Below are positions 1 through 9,546 of a stretch of 64,000 nucleotides of DNA, one piece after another (the stretch's first letter is position 1; each line of letters opens with the position of its first letter). The DNA is taken from positions 1,833 to 65,832 of the forward strand of contig JAHFFW010000012.1 in assembly GCA_023247725.1 (NCBI GenBank), in the 5' to 3' direction. The stretch is from Candidatus Omnitrophota bacterium. Lineage in GTDB: Bacteria; Omnitrophota; Gorgyraeia; Zapsychrales; JAHFFX01. Position numbers and translations under genes: made by a program. The notes beneath the pieces are model-generated. The model made no database searches, was not told the DNA's origin, and worked only from the letters and a program-made list of their open reading frames with translations.

Positions 1-333
1 GCCTTGAGTCCGTTCGTATTGCAGAAGCAATTCTTTCGAGGCAGGTTTTTCCGTCGAAAGGCGGGCCTCGAGGTTGGTCAGATTGGTTTGGGCTGCCTCC
101 CGGGAAAGGCTGCGGGCAGAGCCAAAGAACACGATCGTGTCCCGGATGCTGTGCTGGCGAAAGCGAATCTCCGGTTCCAGGAGTTCGCACATGACCCGGA
201 TCAATCGGGCCTGAGGAGAATGCAAGAAGGCCAAATTCTCATACGCCTTTTGAAAACCCGAGGCGGAAGGGATGGAATTGTTGCCGTTGGTCATAGGGGA
301 TCGAATTTTTTGGGAAAGCTGCGAAGCCATCAT
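1..333 (-). CDS. LOG family (TIGR00730 Rossmann-fold) protein, N-terminal part. Partial: the gene runs off the left edge.
   Basis: My own reverse-complement translation from ATGATG at 333/330 gives MMASQLSQKIRSPMTNGNNSIPSASGFQKAYENLAFLHSPQARLIRVMCELLEPEIRFRQHSIRDTIVFFGSARSLSRE..., carrying the TIVFFGSAR motif typical of LOG/YgdH-like proteins. The frame is still open at position 1. Confidence 0.55.
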   Translation of the reverse strand, partial: MMASQLSQKIRSPMTNGNNSIPSASGFQKAYENLAFLHSPQARLIRVMCELLEPEIRFRQHSIRDTIVFFGSARSLSREAAQTNLTNLEARLSTEKPASKELLLQYERTQG

Positions 334-488
334 AGCAAATGAATAAGCAATTGCAATTATTAATCCAAAAATCCGTCGGCTTTTTGAAAAATTCTTTTGT
401 CCTAAAGAAATTATTTGCTTTCTCTTCCAGCGGCGGGTATATTGGAAATGGAAATAATCCCCCAAAATTTGTAACAAAAGGAAGCGCA

Positions 489-2471
489 ATGCAAAGAAAT
501 GTCGCTTTTCTCTTTCTCTTTTCCCTGGCCACGGTAACTCCCGTTATGGCCATGGAAGAGGTGGTCCCGACGCTGCCGCAAGCCGTCGTCCTTCCCCCGG
601 CTTCGGAAAAATCCAAAGAAACCCCTGTCAACGAGACATCCGCGGCTTTGTCCTGGGAACAAAAGAATGCAGACCAGCCCTTTATCTACTTGTACAATCA
701 TTACGATATGAAACTCAATGAAGACTGGTCCTATGAAGAGGTGTTAAATTATCGGATCAAAATCCAAAAGGACGGCGCCAACTATCTCGGCGAACAAAAA
801 GTTTATTACGACAAAAGCCGCGAGGAGGTCAATGACATCCAGGCCTATGTGATTGCCCCCGACGGAACCAAGTACCCTTCCACCAAGATCCAGGATCTGC
901 CGGTGTATCAGGGCTCGCCCATGTACTCTGACTTTCGGGTCAAGGTGATCACGCTCCCCCAGGTTGGGCCGGGAACGATCATTGATGTATTCGTCAAGGG
1001 CAAGACCTTTCGCAAGGCGATCAAAGACAACTATTGGGAACGGATTGATTATCCGGCGGTGCCGACCAAATCGGAGACCTCCACGTTTGTTTTTCCGGTC
1101 AGTAAGAATATTCAGTTCAAGCAATTCAATGCCAATTTCACTCCCGTTATTGAAAAGAACCAGGATTTTATTCGTTATACCTTCATCTTTAATGAAACCG
1201 AAGATTTGCAGGAGACCGAGCCGTATCTTCCTCCTTACGAAGAGATCCGGGGATATGCGGTTTTTTCCTCGATCCCCGACTGGAAACTGATCGCCGATTG
1301 GTACCGGGATTTGGTGAAACTCAATTCTCGCGATGACGAAACGATCCGCGCCAAGGCGTTGGAGCTGACGGCAAACAAGGTTACGCAACGGGAAAAGGCA
1401 TTGGCTATTCTGGAATTTATTCAGGATCATTTCCGCTATGTGGCGATGAATTTCGGAGACAACACCGTCGAGCCACATCCTTTGTCCGAGATTTATCAGA
1501 ACCGTTATGGCGACTGCAAGGATTGGAGTCTCTTGGCCCGGAAACTACTGGACTACGCCGGGATCAAATCGAGCGTCTGTTTGTTTAATGACGAATATGC
1601 CGGAGATCCACAGAACAGTTTGCCGCAGATATCGGCTTTTGATCATGTGATCCTGGAGGTCGAGGTCGACGGTCAACATTATTTCGTGGATCCGCAGACC
1701 AAGGGTTATGATCTGGGCGAGCACCCTTCCAGTTACGATGGCGCCCACGTCATGGTCATCGATGAGGAAGGGTTTCGGTTTGACCGCCTTCCGCCTTTGG
1801 ATGAAAAGGCCAATGCGATTCTTAGTGAAGGGACCGTCGAGATTAAGGAAGATGGTTCGGCTAAGTACGATGTGGCGATCACTTTTGGCACCGATTATTC
1901 ACAGAGCTTTCGTTATGGTTGGCAACAGGCGACCGACCGCGATCGGGAAAAAATGCTAGAGGCCATGGAACATCGGATGACGAAAGGAGACCAGGTTTTC
2001 GAACATCGATTCGAAGGACTGGAAGATCGCTATGGTCCGGTGAAATTCGTCATGAAGTTTGAGCGCCCCGACGCATATCCGGTTATCAATGACATGATCA
2101 TCCTTAAGGAGGAAATGGAAAACCGAGTTTCTGACTTCGCCGAGAAAAAGCGGAAATTTCCGATCTATATGGCCAGTAATGTCCTTGTTTCCCACAAGGC
2201 GCAGTACATCCTGCCACCGGGATACTGGATTGATTACGTCCCGGATGATTTTGATCTTAATATGGACATCATGCAGGTCAAATGCGGCTACGTGAAGGAA
2301 AAAAATATGGTTCGCGTGGAGACAGCGTACCGCACGAAGCGCGCTCAGATGCAGCCCGATCTTTATCCGCAGGTGCAGGATTTTTTCAAAAAGTTTTATA
2401 AATTGTCGAATCGGTATATTGTTCTTAAAACGAAGCCTCGCTCCGGAGACTTAGGTTTGAAAGAAAACTAA
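489..2471 (+). CDS. Secreted transglutaminase-like cysteine protease domain protein (DUF3857/DUF3858 architecture).
   Basis: ATG at 489 follows an AAAGGAAG RBS. Signal peptide MQRNVAFLFLFSLATVTPVMA. RYGDCKDWSLLARKLL transglutaminase-core Cys motif. 660 aa. Confidence 0.7.
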   Translation: MQRNVAFLFLFSLATVTPVMAMEEVVPTLPQAVVLPPASEKSKETPVNETSAALSWEQKNADQPFIYLYNHYDMKLNEDWSYEEVLNYRIKIQKDGANYLGEQKVYYDKSREEVNDIQAYVIAPDGTKYPSTKIQDLPVYQGSPMYSDFRVKVITLPQVGPGTIIDVFVKGKTFRKAIKDNYWERIDYPAVPTKSETSTFVFPVSKNIQFKQFNANFTPVIEKNQDFIRYTFIFNETEDLQETEPYLPPYEEIRGYAVFSSIPDWKLIADWYRDLVKLNSRDDETIRAKALELTANKVTQREKALAILEFIQDHFRYVAMNFGDNTVEPHPLSEIYQNRYGDCKDWSLLARKLLDYAGIKSSVCLFNDEYAGDPQNSLPQISAFDHVILEVEVDGQHYFVDPQTKGYDLGEHPSSYDGAHVMVIDEEGFRFDRLPPLDEKANAILSEGTVEIKEDGSAKYDVAITFGTDYSQSFRYGWQQATDRDREKMLEAMEHRMTKGDQVFEHRFEGLEDRYGPVKFVMKFERPDAYPVINDMIILKEEMENRVSDFAEKKRKFPIYMASNVLVSHKAQYILPPGYWIDYVPDDFDLNMDIMQVKCGYVKEKNMVRVETAYRTKRAQMQPDLYPQVQDFFKKFYKLSNRYIVLKTKPRSGDLGLKEN

Positions 2472-2495
2472 AAAAGCGGGATAGATTGAAATCGC

Positions 2496-2536
2496 GGGGG
2501 GCCAGGGCCGGGAGTTTTTTCAGGCCCTGGCCCCCT
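2496..2536. repeat. REP-like GC-rich hairpin GGGGGGCCAGGGCCGGG-N9-GGCCCTGGCCCCC. This is copy 1 of 2 (see 33257-33294).
   Basis: Inverted repeat read directly in the sequence. A near-identical element, including the shared left flank TTGAAATCG, recurs at 33250-33294. It lies just 3' of a gene. Confidence 0.7.
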
Positions 2537-2773
2537 TTGCGTGCCCAGCACGTCATCGGACCTCCGGTTTATACCACCGTTGTCCGTCCCGTGTCAGGAA
2601 ACCCTACAGGGTCAACGGCGTTTCTTGTCTTGACAGCTCAAATCAACTTTGTTAAAAAGGGAACGCTGTTATCGTTCGTTGGGAAGGACAAAGATTCGAA
2701 TTTAAAAAGGCCGCGCCGACTGCCTTTAACGGTTGGTCAGGGGCGAGCCTCGCTCGACTCGGCGAAGCCGGGT

Positions 2774-2795
2774 CATTTCCTTTTGAAAGGAAATG
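2774..2795. promoter_or_regulatory. Perfect palindrome CATTTCCTTT-tg-AAAGGAAATG, a candidate operator, 24 nt upstream of the Met-rich protein gene.
   Basis: 10-bp arms separated by a 2-nt spacer, read directly. It sits in the 5' region of gene 2819-3295. Confidence 0.4.
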
Positions 2796-2818
2796 CGGAA
2801 AAATGACGGGAGAAGGTC

Positions 2819-3295
2819 ATGAAAAAAGCAATGGTCGCATCCGTATTCGTGTTTAGTCTCTTGGCAGCGGCTCATCTCCTTTGGGCGCAAGATCCGATCA
2901 TGAATAAAGAACCCGGTCCGCCTATGGAGGACATGGGGCCCGGAGGGAAGATGGGAATGGGTGAGGACAAAATGATGATGCGCCAGGCCATGATGTGCCC
3001 GATCTGTTCGGCCGCTATCAAAGGAATGATGAACCCGCAGATCGTCGCCACCTCCGACGGTAGCGTCATTGTGGCCGCCGGACCCCGATTAATGAAATAC
3101 GACAAGGATTTAAATTTGGTCAAAGAAGTCGAGATCAAAATCGACATGCAGGCCATGATGGAGAAAATGAAATCCTGTCCCATGTGTCAGATGATGAAAG
3201 AAAAAGGGCAGGGGAAAAAAGAGATGATGCGGGATAAGGAAGAGGGCCAAGCCGGTCCGCGGGCGAAGATTTTTGAACCTCCGGCGACGAAATAA
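2819..3295 (+). CDS. Secreted methionine-rich protein with two CxxC motifs (MMCPIC, SCPMC); putative periplasmic Cu/metal-binding protein.
   Basis: Signal peptide MKKAMVASVFVFSLLAAAHLLWA. Runs of M (MGMGEDKMMMRQAMM, MQAMMEKMK). MxCxxC-like motifs. GGAGAAGG RBS. Confidence 0.6.
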   Translation: MKKAMVASVFVFSLLAAAHLLWAQDPIMNKEPGPPMEDMGPGGKMGMGEDKMMMRQAMMCPICSAAIKGMMNPQIVATSDGSVIVAAGPRLMKYDKDLNLVKEVEIKIDMQAMMEKMKSCPMCQMMKEKGQGKKEMMRDKEEGQAGPRAKIFEPPATK

Positions 3296-3313
3296 AAGGA
3301 GTGTAGAAATTCG

Positions 3314-3361
3314 CGGGGCACGCGCCCGCCCTGCCGTAAGGCAAAGCGGGCGCGTGCCCTT
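3314..3361 (+). terminator. Rho-independent terminator.
   Basis: GGGCACGCGCCCGC...GCGGGCGCGTGCCC stem followed by TTTT. Confidence 0.6.
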
Positions 3362-3376
3362 TTGCTTTACCAGAAC

Positions 3377-4075
3377 ATGAACCCTTCCCGGCGAACCTTT
3401 GTGATCGGCGACATCCACGGCGCTGACCTGGCAGTGCGGCAATGCCTAGAGCGGAGCGAATTCGATTATGCCAGCGACCGTTTGATTTGTTTGGGCGATG
3501 TCTGCGACGGCTGGCCTTTTGTGCGGGAATGTTTTGATGAGCTCCTAAAAATCCATCATCTCGACTACATCATCGGCAATCACGATTTGTGGACCTTGCA
3601 GTGGGCGAAAACCGGAGAGACTCCGGATATCTGGACCTCCCAGGGAGGAGCCAGCACCCTTTCTTCTTATAAAGATGGAATGCCGGCGAGTCATCTTCGG
3701 TGTTTGCAAAATGCTCATTGGTATCTCGAAGACAACGAACGGCTTTTTGTGCATGGCGGCATGGATCCGCGGTTTCCTATGAACCAGCAGTCCAGGGATG
3801 TTTTAGTTTGGGACCGGGATCTCATTGTTCTGGCCCATCGGTTTGCCATCACCCATCCGCACTTTCGGTTTTCGCATTTCCGTGAGATTTTTATCGGTCA
3901 TACGACGACTCAGCTTTTCCATATCGAAGAACCGGCGCGTTTCTGCAATGTCTGGGCCATGGATACCGGCGCCGGATGGAGCGGCCGCTTGTCGATGATG
4001 GATGTGGAAACCAAAAAGTTTTGGCAGTCCGATCGGGTAACGGATCTGTACCCCCATATAAGAGGAAGGGGGTAG
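3377..4075 (+). CDS. Metallophosphoesterase (PPP-family Ser/Thr phosphatase, ApaH/PrpE-like).
   Basis: GDIHG, GDVCDGWP and GNHD motifs. ATG at 3377 sits just after the terminator T-tract. Confidence 0.7.
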   Translation: MNPSRRTFVIGDIHGADLAVRQCLERSEFDYASDRLICLGDVCDGWPFVRECFDELLKIHHLDYIIGNHDLWTLQWAKTGETPDIWTSQGGASTLSSYKDGMPASHLRCLQNAHWYLEDNERLFVHGGMDPRFPMNQQSRDVLVWDRDLIVLAHRFAITHPHFRFSHFREIFIGHTTTQLFHIEEPARFCNVWAMDTGAGWSGRLSMMDVETKKFWQSDRVTDLYPHIRGRG

Positions 4076-4212
4076 CTATTTTCACATTCCTTGTATTTCG
4101 TCCATAATTTTTCCAACCAATTCTTGACCTGCCACCATGAGCTTTGTATAATGGGCCTCGTTTCCCAATACAATTTAACTTTTAGGCGCTGAGGGAATAT
4201 TTGAGGAGGCGG

Positions 4213-4797
4213 ATGGACCAAATTTTTTACAGCCGCACCCGCTGGCTGCAGTTGATGTACTTTGGAATTTCTGGCTTCATCGGCATCAATGCCTTTTTCA
4301 CCGGCAAATCCGTCGAAAGTCCAGTTATTTTTTTCGGCCTAATTTCTTCTCTAGGGTGGGCTGCGCATGTGCATTCTTATCGATTGCGCTTGACCCGCGA
4401 TGGACGTTTGATTGAGACGCAATGGCTTAAACCCCGCCGGCAAATGGATGTCGACAAAGTGAATGAAGTCATCTCCCGTGTTTACTACGCCTCCCGTGGA
4501 ATCAAGATCGTCGGACCCTTACTGGTCAATCGCGATCACCGAGATTTTCCCCGCGCTGCGGTTGATACAAAGCTTGTCGAAGCTCTGCAAAAATTCCGGC
4601 CGGAATTGTCTTATGACCCCCAAAATCCCATCGAAAGCGACCGGCAAAAAACCGAGGTGACGAACATTGCGAAAAGGCTCATTACCTTCATCTTTCTACC
4701 CTTGGGTTTGTTCGTCGTGATCCTTTTATGCGTGTGTGCTGAAGGAACCCGCGCCGATCAGCTTCCGTCCTATCCCAAATCCGCGTTGATGAGTTGA
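4213..4797 (+). CDS. Hypothetical membrane protein.
   Basis: ORF with an N-terminal and a C-terminal hydrophobic segment. No recognisable domain. Confidence 0.4.
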   Translation: MDQIFYSRTRWLQLMYFGISGFIGINAFFTGKSVESPVIFFGLISSLGWAAHVHSYRLRLTRDGRLIETQWLKPRRQMDVDKVNEVISRVYYASRGIKIVGPLLVNRDHRDFPRAAVDTKLVEALQKFRPELSYDPQNPIESDRQKTEVTNIAKRLITFIFLPLGLFVVILLCVCAEGTRADQLPSYPKSALMS

Positions 4798-4816
4798 TCA
4801 TAGTCATGCGGAACCT

Positions 4817-6550
4817 TTGAACGTACAGGAAAATTCCATGTCCGATTCCTTTGACCTTGATACTCATTCTGGAAAAACCGATGCCAGCCTCGAGAAAACC
4901 TCGCTCGCTGAGACACAAGGAAAACTTCCGCGATTCAAATTAAGCCTGCCGGAGCAATTAGATTTCAATGACGAATTCCGCGCTGCTTTTAATCTGATGG
5001 AAACGACGCAGGATTGTGTTTTTATCGCCGGAAAAGCGGGCACGGGAAAATCGACCCTTTTGCAATATTTCCGGGAGAAGACGCGCAAACAGGTCATTAT
5101 TCTCGCTCCGACAGGCGTGGCGGCGGTCAATGTTTCCGGACAAACGATCCATTCGTTTTTCCGTTTTCCTCCCCGGCTCATTCAAAAAGAGCATATTCGT
5201 CGGCTTCGTAATCCTAGCGTCATGGAACGGGTTGAAACCCTCGTGATTGACGAGGTCTCCATGGTCAGGGCGGATTTGATGGACGGGATTGATTACGCCC
5301 TGCGCCGCAATCGCGATATGCCGCGCAAACCCTTCGGCGGGGTTCAGGTGGTTTTCATTGGCGATCTTTTTCAGCTGCCACCGGTCATTGAAGAGGAGGC
5401 CCGGAGAATCCTGGCCCAAAAATATCAAACTCCTTATTTTTTTAGCGCGGAGGTCTTCCAACAGGTGCAACCCCGATATATAGAATTGGAAAAAATTTAC
5501 CGCCAGAGCGATGACGGATTTATCCGACTATTAAATAAGGTAAGGAACAAATTCGTGGGAGAAGAAGACCTCCTTCGTTTGAATGAACGGGTCAAAAAAG
5601 CAGAAGCTCCTAGTCAAGAGCGCATCACCTTGACGACAACGAATGAAGGCGCCCAAAGGCTCAATGACAATCGACTGGCTGCGCTGACGACCGAGGAATT
5701 CCGTTACCCTGCCAATATTTTTGGTGAATTCAAGGACTCCAGTTTCCCGACGGAAGCTCTCTTGCGGCTTAAAGTCGGGGCGCAGGTGATCATGATCCGT
5801 AACGACCCGGAAAAACGCTGGGTCAATGGGACGATCGCCGAGGTGGCGGAATTAACCAAAGATACGATTAAAGTCAAGGTGGATGGGAAAATTTTTGCGG
5901 TCCATCCGGTTCGCTGGGAAAGGATCGAACACAAATACGATGAGGCTTTTGACCGGATCGAAACCGAAACGGTCGGTGCGTTTGAACAGTTTCCGCTTAA
6001 ACTCGCTTGGGCGATCACGATCCACAAAGCTCAGGGCCAGACGTTTAACCAAGTGACCATCGATTTGGAAAGAGGAGGCTTTGCGCACGGCCAAGTCTAT
6101 GTGGCGCTGAGCCGTTGCACGAGTCTGGAAGGAATCATCCTCAAACGGCCGGTGCATTATGATGACATTGTGTTTGATCCACAAATTTACCAGTTTCGGG
6201 AAAGTTTTGCAAAATTAACAATTTCTCCGTCGGATAAATTGAACCAACCACATTTTGCGAAAGGACAGATCGTCGCCTTATTCGATCCTTCGACTCGTAC
6301 CTCGGCCATGGCCGGGGGCCCTTCGCTCGGGATGGAACCCAATAATAAGAAATCACGCGAGCAAATCTCCAAAGGGCAAGAAGAAGGTACCACGCCCGCC
6401 TGCCGGCGAGGCAGGGGCATGCCCGTGGGGTTCCATTCTCGCGATTTGTGGATGATCGAGCATTGCTATGTGGATGAGGGCTCGGATCCAAAGTTTCGGA
6501 TCTCCTGCGGAGACAAGATGAAGATTGTGAAAAAAAGTGAAATCGGTTAA
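4817..6550 (+). CDS. PIF1-family ATP-dependent DNA helicase with a ~130-aa C-terminal extension.
   Basis: Walker A GKAGTGKST, VLVIDEVSMV, IFIGDLFQLPPV, ITIHKAQGQTF and ALSRCTSLEGI motifs. Confidence 0.75.
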   Translation: MNVQENSMSDSFDLDTHSGKTDASLEKTSLAETQGKLPRFKLSLPEQLDFNDEFRAAFNLMETTQDCVFIAGKAGTGKSTLLQYFREKTRKQVIILAPTGVAAVNVSGQTIHSFFRFPPRLIQKEHIRRLRNPSVMERVETLVIDEVSMVRADLMDGIDYALRRNRDMPRKPFGGVQVVFIGDLFQLPPVIEEEARRILAQKYQTPYFFSAEVFQQVQPRYIELEKIYRQSDDGFIRLLNKVRNKFVGEEDLLRLNERVKKAEAPSQERITLTTTNEGAQRLNDNRLAALTTEEFRYPANIFGEFKDSSFPTEALLRLKVGAQVIMIRNDPEKRWVNGTIAEVAELTKDTIKVKVDGKIFAVHPVRWERIEHKYDEAFDRIETETVGAFEQFPLKLAWAITIHKAQGQTFNQVTIDLERGGFAHGQVYVALSRCTSLEGIILKRPVHYDDIVFDPQIYQFRESFAKLTISPSDKLNQPHFAKGQIVALFDPSTRTSAMAGGPSLGMEPNNKKSREQISKGQEEGTTPACRRGRGMPVGFHSRDLWMIEHCYVDEGSDPKFRISCGDKMKIVKKSEIG

Positions 6551-6649
6551 GGCGCGAGAGAAAGATGACGCACAAAAAAATAAACTACCTTCCCGGCATG
6601 ATTTTGAGTAAAATACCCCGAGTTTTATGAACACCCAACAAAGGAGGTC

Positions 6650-6874
6650 ATGATGCTCAAACAGGCCTGTGGAGTTTGTAAAATTGTCGGTGCGCTCGCC
6701 ATCATCGGAGCGCTGAACTGGGGGATCATTGGTCTTGCCCAGGTCAATGTCGTGGATAGAATCTTTGGTTCGGGGATCTCGCGGGTGTTGTATGTTCTGG
6801 TGGGGCTTTCCGGATTGGCGCTTTTGGCCAGTTATTTTGTCGTCTGCCCAGCCTGTAAGAAGCCGAGCGCGTAG
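6650..6874 (+). CDS. DUF378 family small membrane protein.
   Basis: GALNWGIIGL motif, two TM helices, AGGAGG RBS. Confidence 0.65.
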   Translation: MMLKQACGVCKIVGALAIIGALNWGIIGLAQVNVVDRIFGSGISRVLYVLVGLSGLALLASYFVVCPACKKPSA

Positions 6875-6907
6875 GCAACAAAGTTTATCACAGGGATGTC
6901 AGAAAAT

Positions 6908-6950
6908 TTAAAGGGGCGTTGTCCCGCTGATGGCGGGGCAATGCCCCTTC
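6908..6950 (+). terminator. Hairpin terminator after the DUF378 gene.
   Basis: AGGGGCGTTGTCCCGC-tgatg-GCGGGGCAATGCCCCT. Confidence 0.45.
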
Positions 6951-6991
6951 CACTTCCAGAGAAATCATGACGGATCCTGAGAAATTTTTTC

Positions 6992-7020
6992 TTGACAACA
7001 TACTTAGCCTAGGCTAACAT
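6992..7020 (+). promoter_or_regulatory. Sigma70-like promoter (TTGACA-17-TAACAT) with an embedded perfect 14-bp palindrome TTAGCCTAGGCTAA (putative MarR operator).
   Basis: Read directly. The palindrome lies in the spacer and -10 region, upstream of the marR-family gene. Confidence 0.5.
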
Positions 7021-7059
7021 TTCGTCTAGTTGAATCATTCAGGATAAAAATAAAAAGTT

Positions 7060-7518
7060 ATGCGTTCCCCACCTTCCAAGATCCCGGCCTTAAGCAATTC
7101 CATCAGCCAGCTCATCCCCCGGATTATTCAGGGCGCCCATATTGGCTTTCTCGCCAAACGACAGTTAACCCATACCCAGTTATTTGTTCTTGTCGCGATC
7201 CATTCTCAGGGACAGCCGTCCATGCGCACGCTGTCTAACAATTTAAAAGTGAGCATGCCCACGATGAGCGGGGTGATCGAACGCCTCGTGAAGGCGGGTT
7301 ATGCCATACGATCGAAACACCCCCGAGATCGCCGCCAGGTCCTGGTGGAATTGACTCCCAGAGGTGAGCGAATGGTGGCAGAATTTCAACGGATGATCAG
7401 TGAGCGCTGGCAAGAAGTCCTGAAAGCCCTGGATTCGCCGAAAATAAAGGTCTTCGGACAAATTGTGGAAGAGCTCAAGAAAAGTTTAGAAAAAGATTCC
7501 CATCGTGAAAAAGCTTAA
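7060..7518 (+). CDS. MarR family transcriptional regulator.
   Basis: Winged-HTH region LTHTQLFVLVAIHSQGQPSMRTLSNNLKVSMPTMSGVIERLVKAGYAIR...RDRRQV. Confidence 0.8.
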   Translation: MRSPPSKIPALSNSISQLIPRIIQGAHIGFLAKRQLTHTQLFVLVAIHSQGQPSMRTLSNNLKVSMPTMSGVIERLVKAGYAIRSKHPRDRRQVLVELTPRGERMVAEFQRMISERWQEVLKALDSPKIKVFGQIVEELKKSLEKDSHREKA

Positions 7519-8851
7519 ATTATTTTTCCTCTATTTATTGTTGACCTGCGGTTGGATTGGATTGAATGCGGTCGTCGCGCATTCTGATTCAGCACCCCTT
7601 GTCTTAACCCTGAAAAAAACTCTTCAGCTGGCCGACGAGCGCGATGTCCGGATGATTGTTTCCCAGGAACGCTTCCAGCAAAGCCTGGCCCGGATTGCGC
7701 AAAACCGCGCCTTTTTGTTTCCGCAAATCAATGTTCAAGCTTCTCAAATGCGGCAGACCCGCGATCTGCGCACCGCTGGGATCACCCTGCCAGGCGATCC
7801 TTTGGTCGGCCCTTTTAATAGTTTTGATGCCCGCGGACAAATCATTCAGACGATTTTTGATCCAGCCGCCGTGGCCAGACTCAAAGCCGCGCGGGCCAAC
7901 GAAGGGCTTTCGTCTTCCGAATTGCGCAAAACGCGGGAAGATGTTTTGGCCTTGGTCGCGATCATGTTCATCGATGCCCGTCTGGCCGAACAAAATCAAG
8001 ATTATGCACGAGCTGTTTTTAAAAAAGCTGAAAAAAAATTAACGCTTGTCAAGAAGCAATGGGACCTCGGAACCGTCTCAGCCCTGGATTTACAACAGGC
8101 ACAAGCGGAGGTGGCGGCGGCCGAAACCCTTTTCCAGCAAACTCGTATGAACGTCAATGAAACGCGTTCGGATCTTTTGGCCGCACTGGGTTTTGATCTT
8201 GACCAACCCGTTCAATTTGCGAGTGAAAACGAATTGGTTTTAGGAAAAGTTTCAAGCGCGCAAGACGCCTCCTTGAGATTCCCCGATGTGGAGGTTGCCC
8301 GGGAAGAATTAAATCTCCGCAAAATTCAACAATCCATCGAGCGATATGAATACTGGCCCAAGGTATCGGCCCTGGCCGATTATGGACCAAGCGGTGTGGA
8401 CCCCTCGAATAAAAGTGAAACCTATAGCCTGGGAGTAAAAATGTCCTGGCCGATCTGGGATGGGGGTTTGCGTTCGGCCCGTCTGCAGGAAGAGCAGAGC
8501 CGGTTCAAGGAAGGCCAGGCACAGTTAGCGTATGCCGAACGGCAAGCGCAGACTAAGATTTTTAATTCCGGGGAATCCTTGAACCGCGCGCAGGCCCTGG
8601 TCGAGGAAAAGAAAGTCCGATGGGCGGTTGCGCAAACCCAATTAAAACTCATGGAACAACGTCACGCCGATGGGTCAGCCTCGGATATGGATATTCTCGA
8701 CGCACAAGTACAAGAAGCCCGGGCCCAAGAAGAGGCCCGCGAAGCCGAGGCTGATTTATTAACGGTGCAAATCCATCTCTGGCACGCCCAGGGAAACATG
8801 ACCGCGTTCATCGAAGAACCCATCGCTGGAAAGACGCAAGGAACTCCATGA
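7505..8851 (+). CDS. TolC-family outer membrane efflux protein.
   Basis: Signal peptide. Two OEP repeats. Sits upstream of HlyD and ABC genes in the same operon. Confidence 0.75.
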   Translation: MKKLKLFFLYLLLTCGWIGLNAVVAHSDSAPLVLTLKKTLQLADERDVRMIVSQERFQQSLARIAQNRAFLFPQINVQASQMRQTRDLRTAGITLPGDPLVGPFNSFDARGQIIQTIFDPAAVARLKAARANEGLSSSELRKTREDVLALVAIMFIDARLAEQNQDYARAVFKKAEKKLTLVKKQWDLGTVSALDLQQAQAEVAAAETLFQQTRMNVNETRSDLLAALGFDLDQPVQFASENELVLGKVSSAQDASLRFPDVEVAREELNLRKIQQSIERYEYWPKVSALADYGPSGVDPSNKSETYSLGVKMSWPIWDGGLRSARLQEEQSRFKEGQAQLAYAERQAQTKIFNSGESLNRAQALVEEKKVRWAVAQTQLKLMEQRHADGSASDMDILDAQVQEARAQEEAREAEADLLTVQIHLWHAQGNMTAFIEEPIAGKTQGTP

Positions 8852-9546
8852 AAATCCGTTTGTCTTTTGTGATTGGCTTTTTGATTTTTGCCGGTTTCGC
8901 CTGCAGCCGAAATTCGTATCCCCAGACCATGAAATTTTCCGGCACGCTCGAATTGACCGAGCATGCCTTGGGGGCGCGGGTGGCCGGACTATTAAGTTCT
9001 TTATCCGTCGACGAAGGCGATGAAGTCAAGCAGGGACAACTTTTGGCCACCTTGGATCGCTATGACCAGAATCGCAAAGATTTTGAACGTTCGCAAAGCT
9101 TGTTCAAACAGGGAGGCGCCTCCGCGCAAGCTTTGGAATATGCCGCCCTGTCTTTGGAAGATCAGCAGATTGTTTCTCCCGTGAACGGAGTGGTCCTCCT
9201 CAAGGTGCACGAAATCGGAGAGACCGTCACTGCCGGATCGCCGGTTGTGGTCGTGGGCGATCGAAGCAAATTGTGGGTGAAGATTTTTGTGCCGGAAGGA
9301 TGGATCAATCGCATTCTGCTTGGCCAGCCGACGACGCTCACCTTCGACGGGCTTCGCCAATCATTCAAAGGGCATGTCAATTTTATCTCCTCTCAAGCGG
9401 AGTTTACTCCGCGCAATGTTCAAACGCAGGAAGAGCGGATCACGCAGGCCTTTGCCGTCAAGGTGGTTTTGGACGAACCGCCATCGTTCCTTCGGCCAGG
9501 CGTGGCTGCGGATGTGGTCATCCAAACGCAGGAAAGAATTCCATGA
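8848..9546 (+). CDS. HlyD-family periplasmic adaptor (membrane fusion protein).
   Basis: Lipobox-like N-terminus. Biotin-lipoyl-like motif VSPVNGVV. 4-nt overlaps with both neighbouring genes. Confidence 0.7.
   Translation: MKIRLSFVIGFLIFAGFACSRNSYPQTMKFSGTLELTEHALGARVAGLLSSLSVDEGDEVKQGQLLATLDRYDQNRKDFERSQSLFKQGGASAQALEYAALSLEDQQIVSPVNGVVLLKVHEIGETVTAGSPVVVVGDRSKLWVKIFVPEGWINRILLGQPTTLTFDGLRQSFKGHVNFISSQAEFTPRNVQTQEERITQAFAVKVVLDEPPSFLRPGVAADVVIQTQERIP

Noticed and set aside
2486-2806. 106-aa ORF in the six-frame track.
   Set aside because: It spans the REP-like GC hairpin and the intergenic promoter/operator region. Its composition is Arg/Pro/Gly-rich and low-complexity. It is more likely non-coding.
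9273-9542. N-terminal extension of the ABC ATPase ORF (listed start 9273).
   Set aside because: It lies in the coding region of the HlyD gene in another frame. The ATG at 9543 overlaps the HlyD stop and gives a canonical ABC N-terminus.
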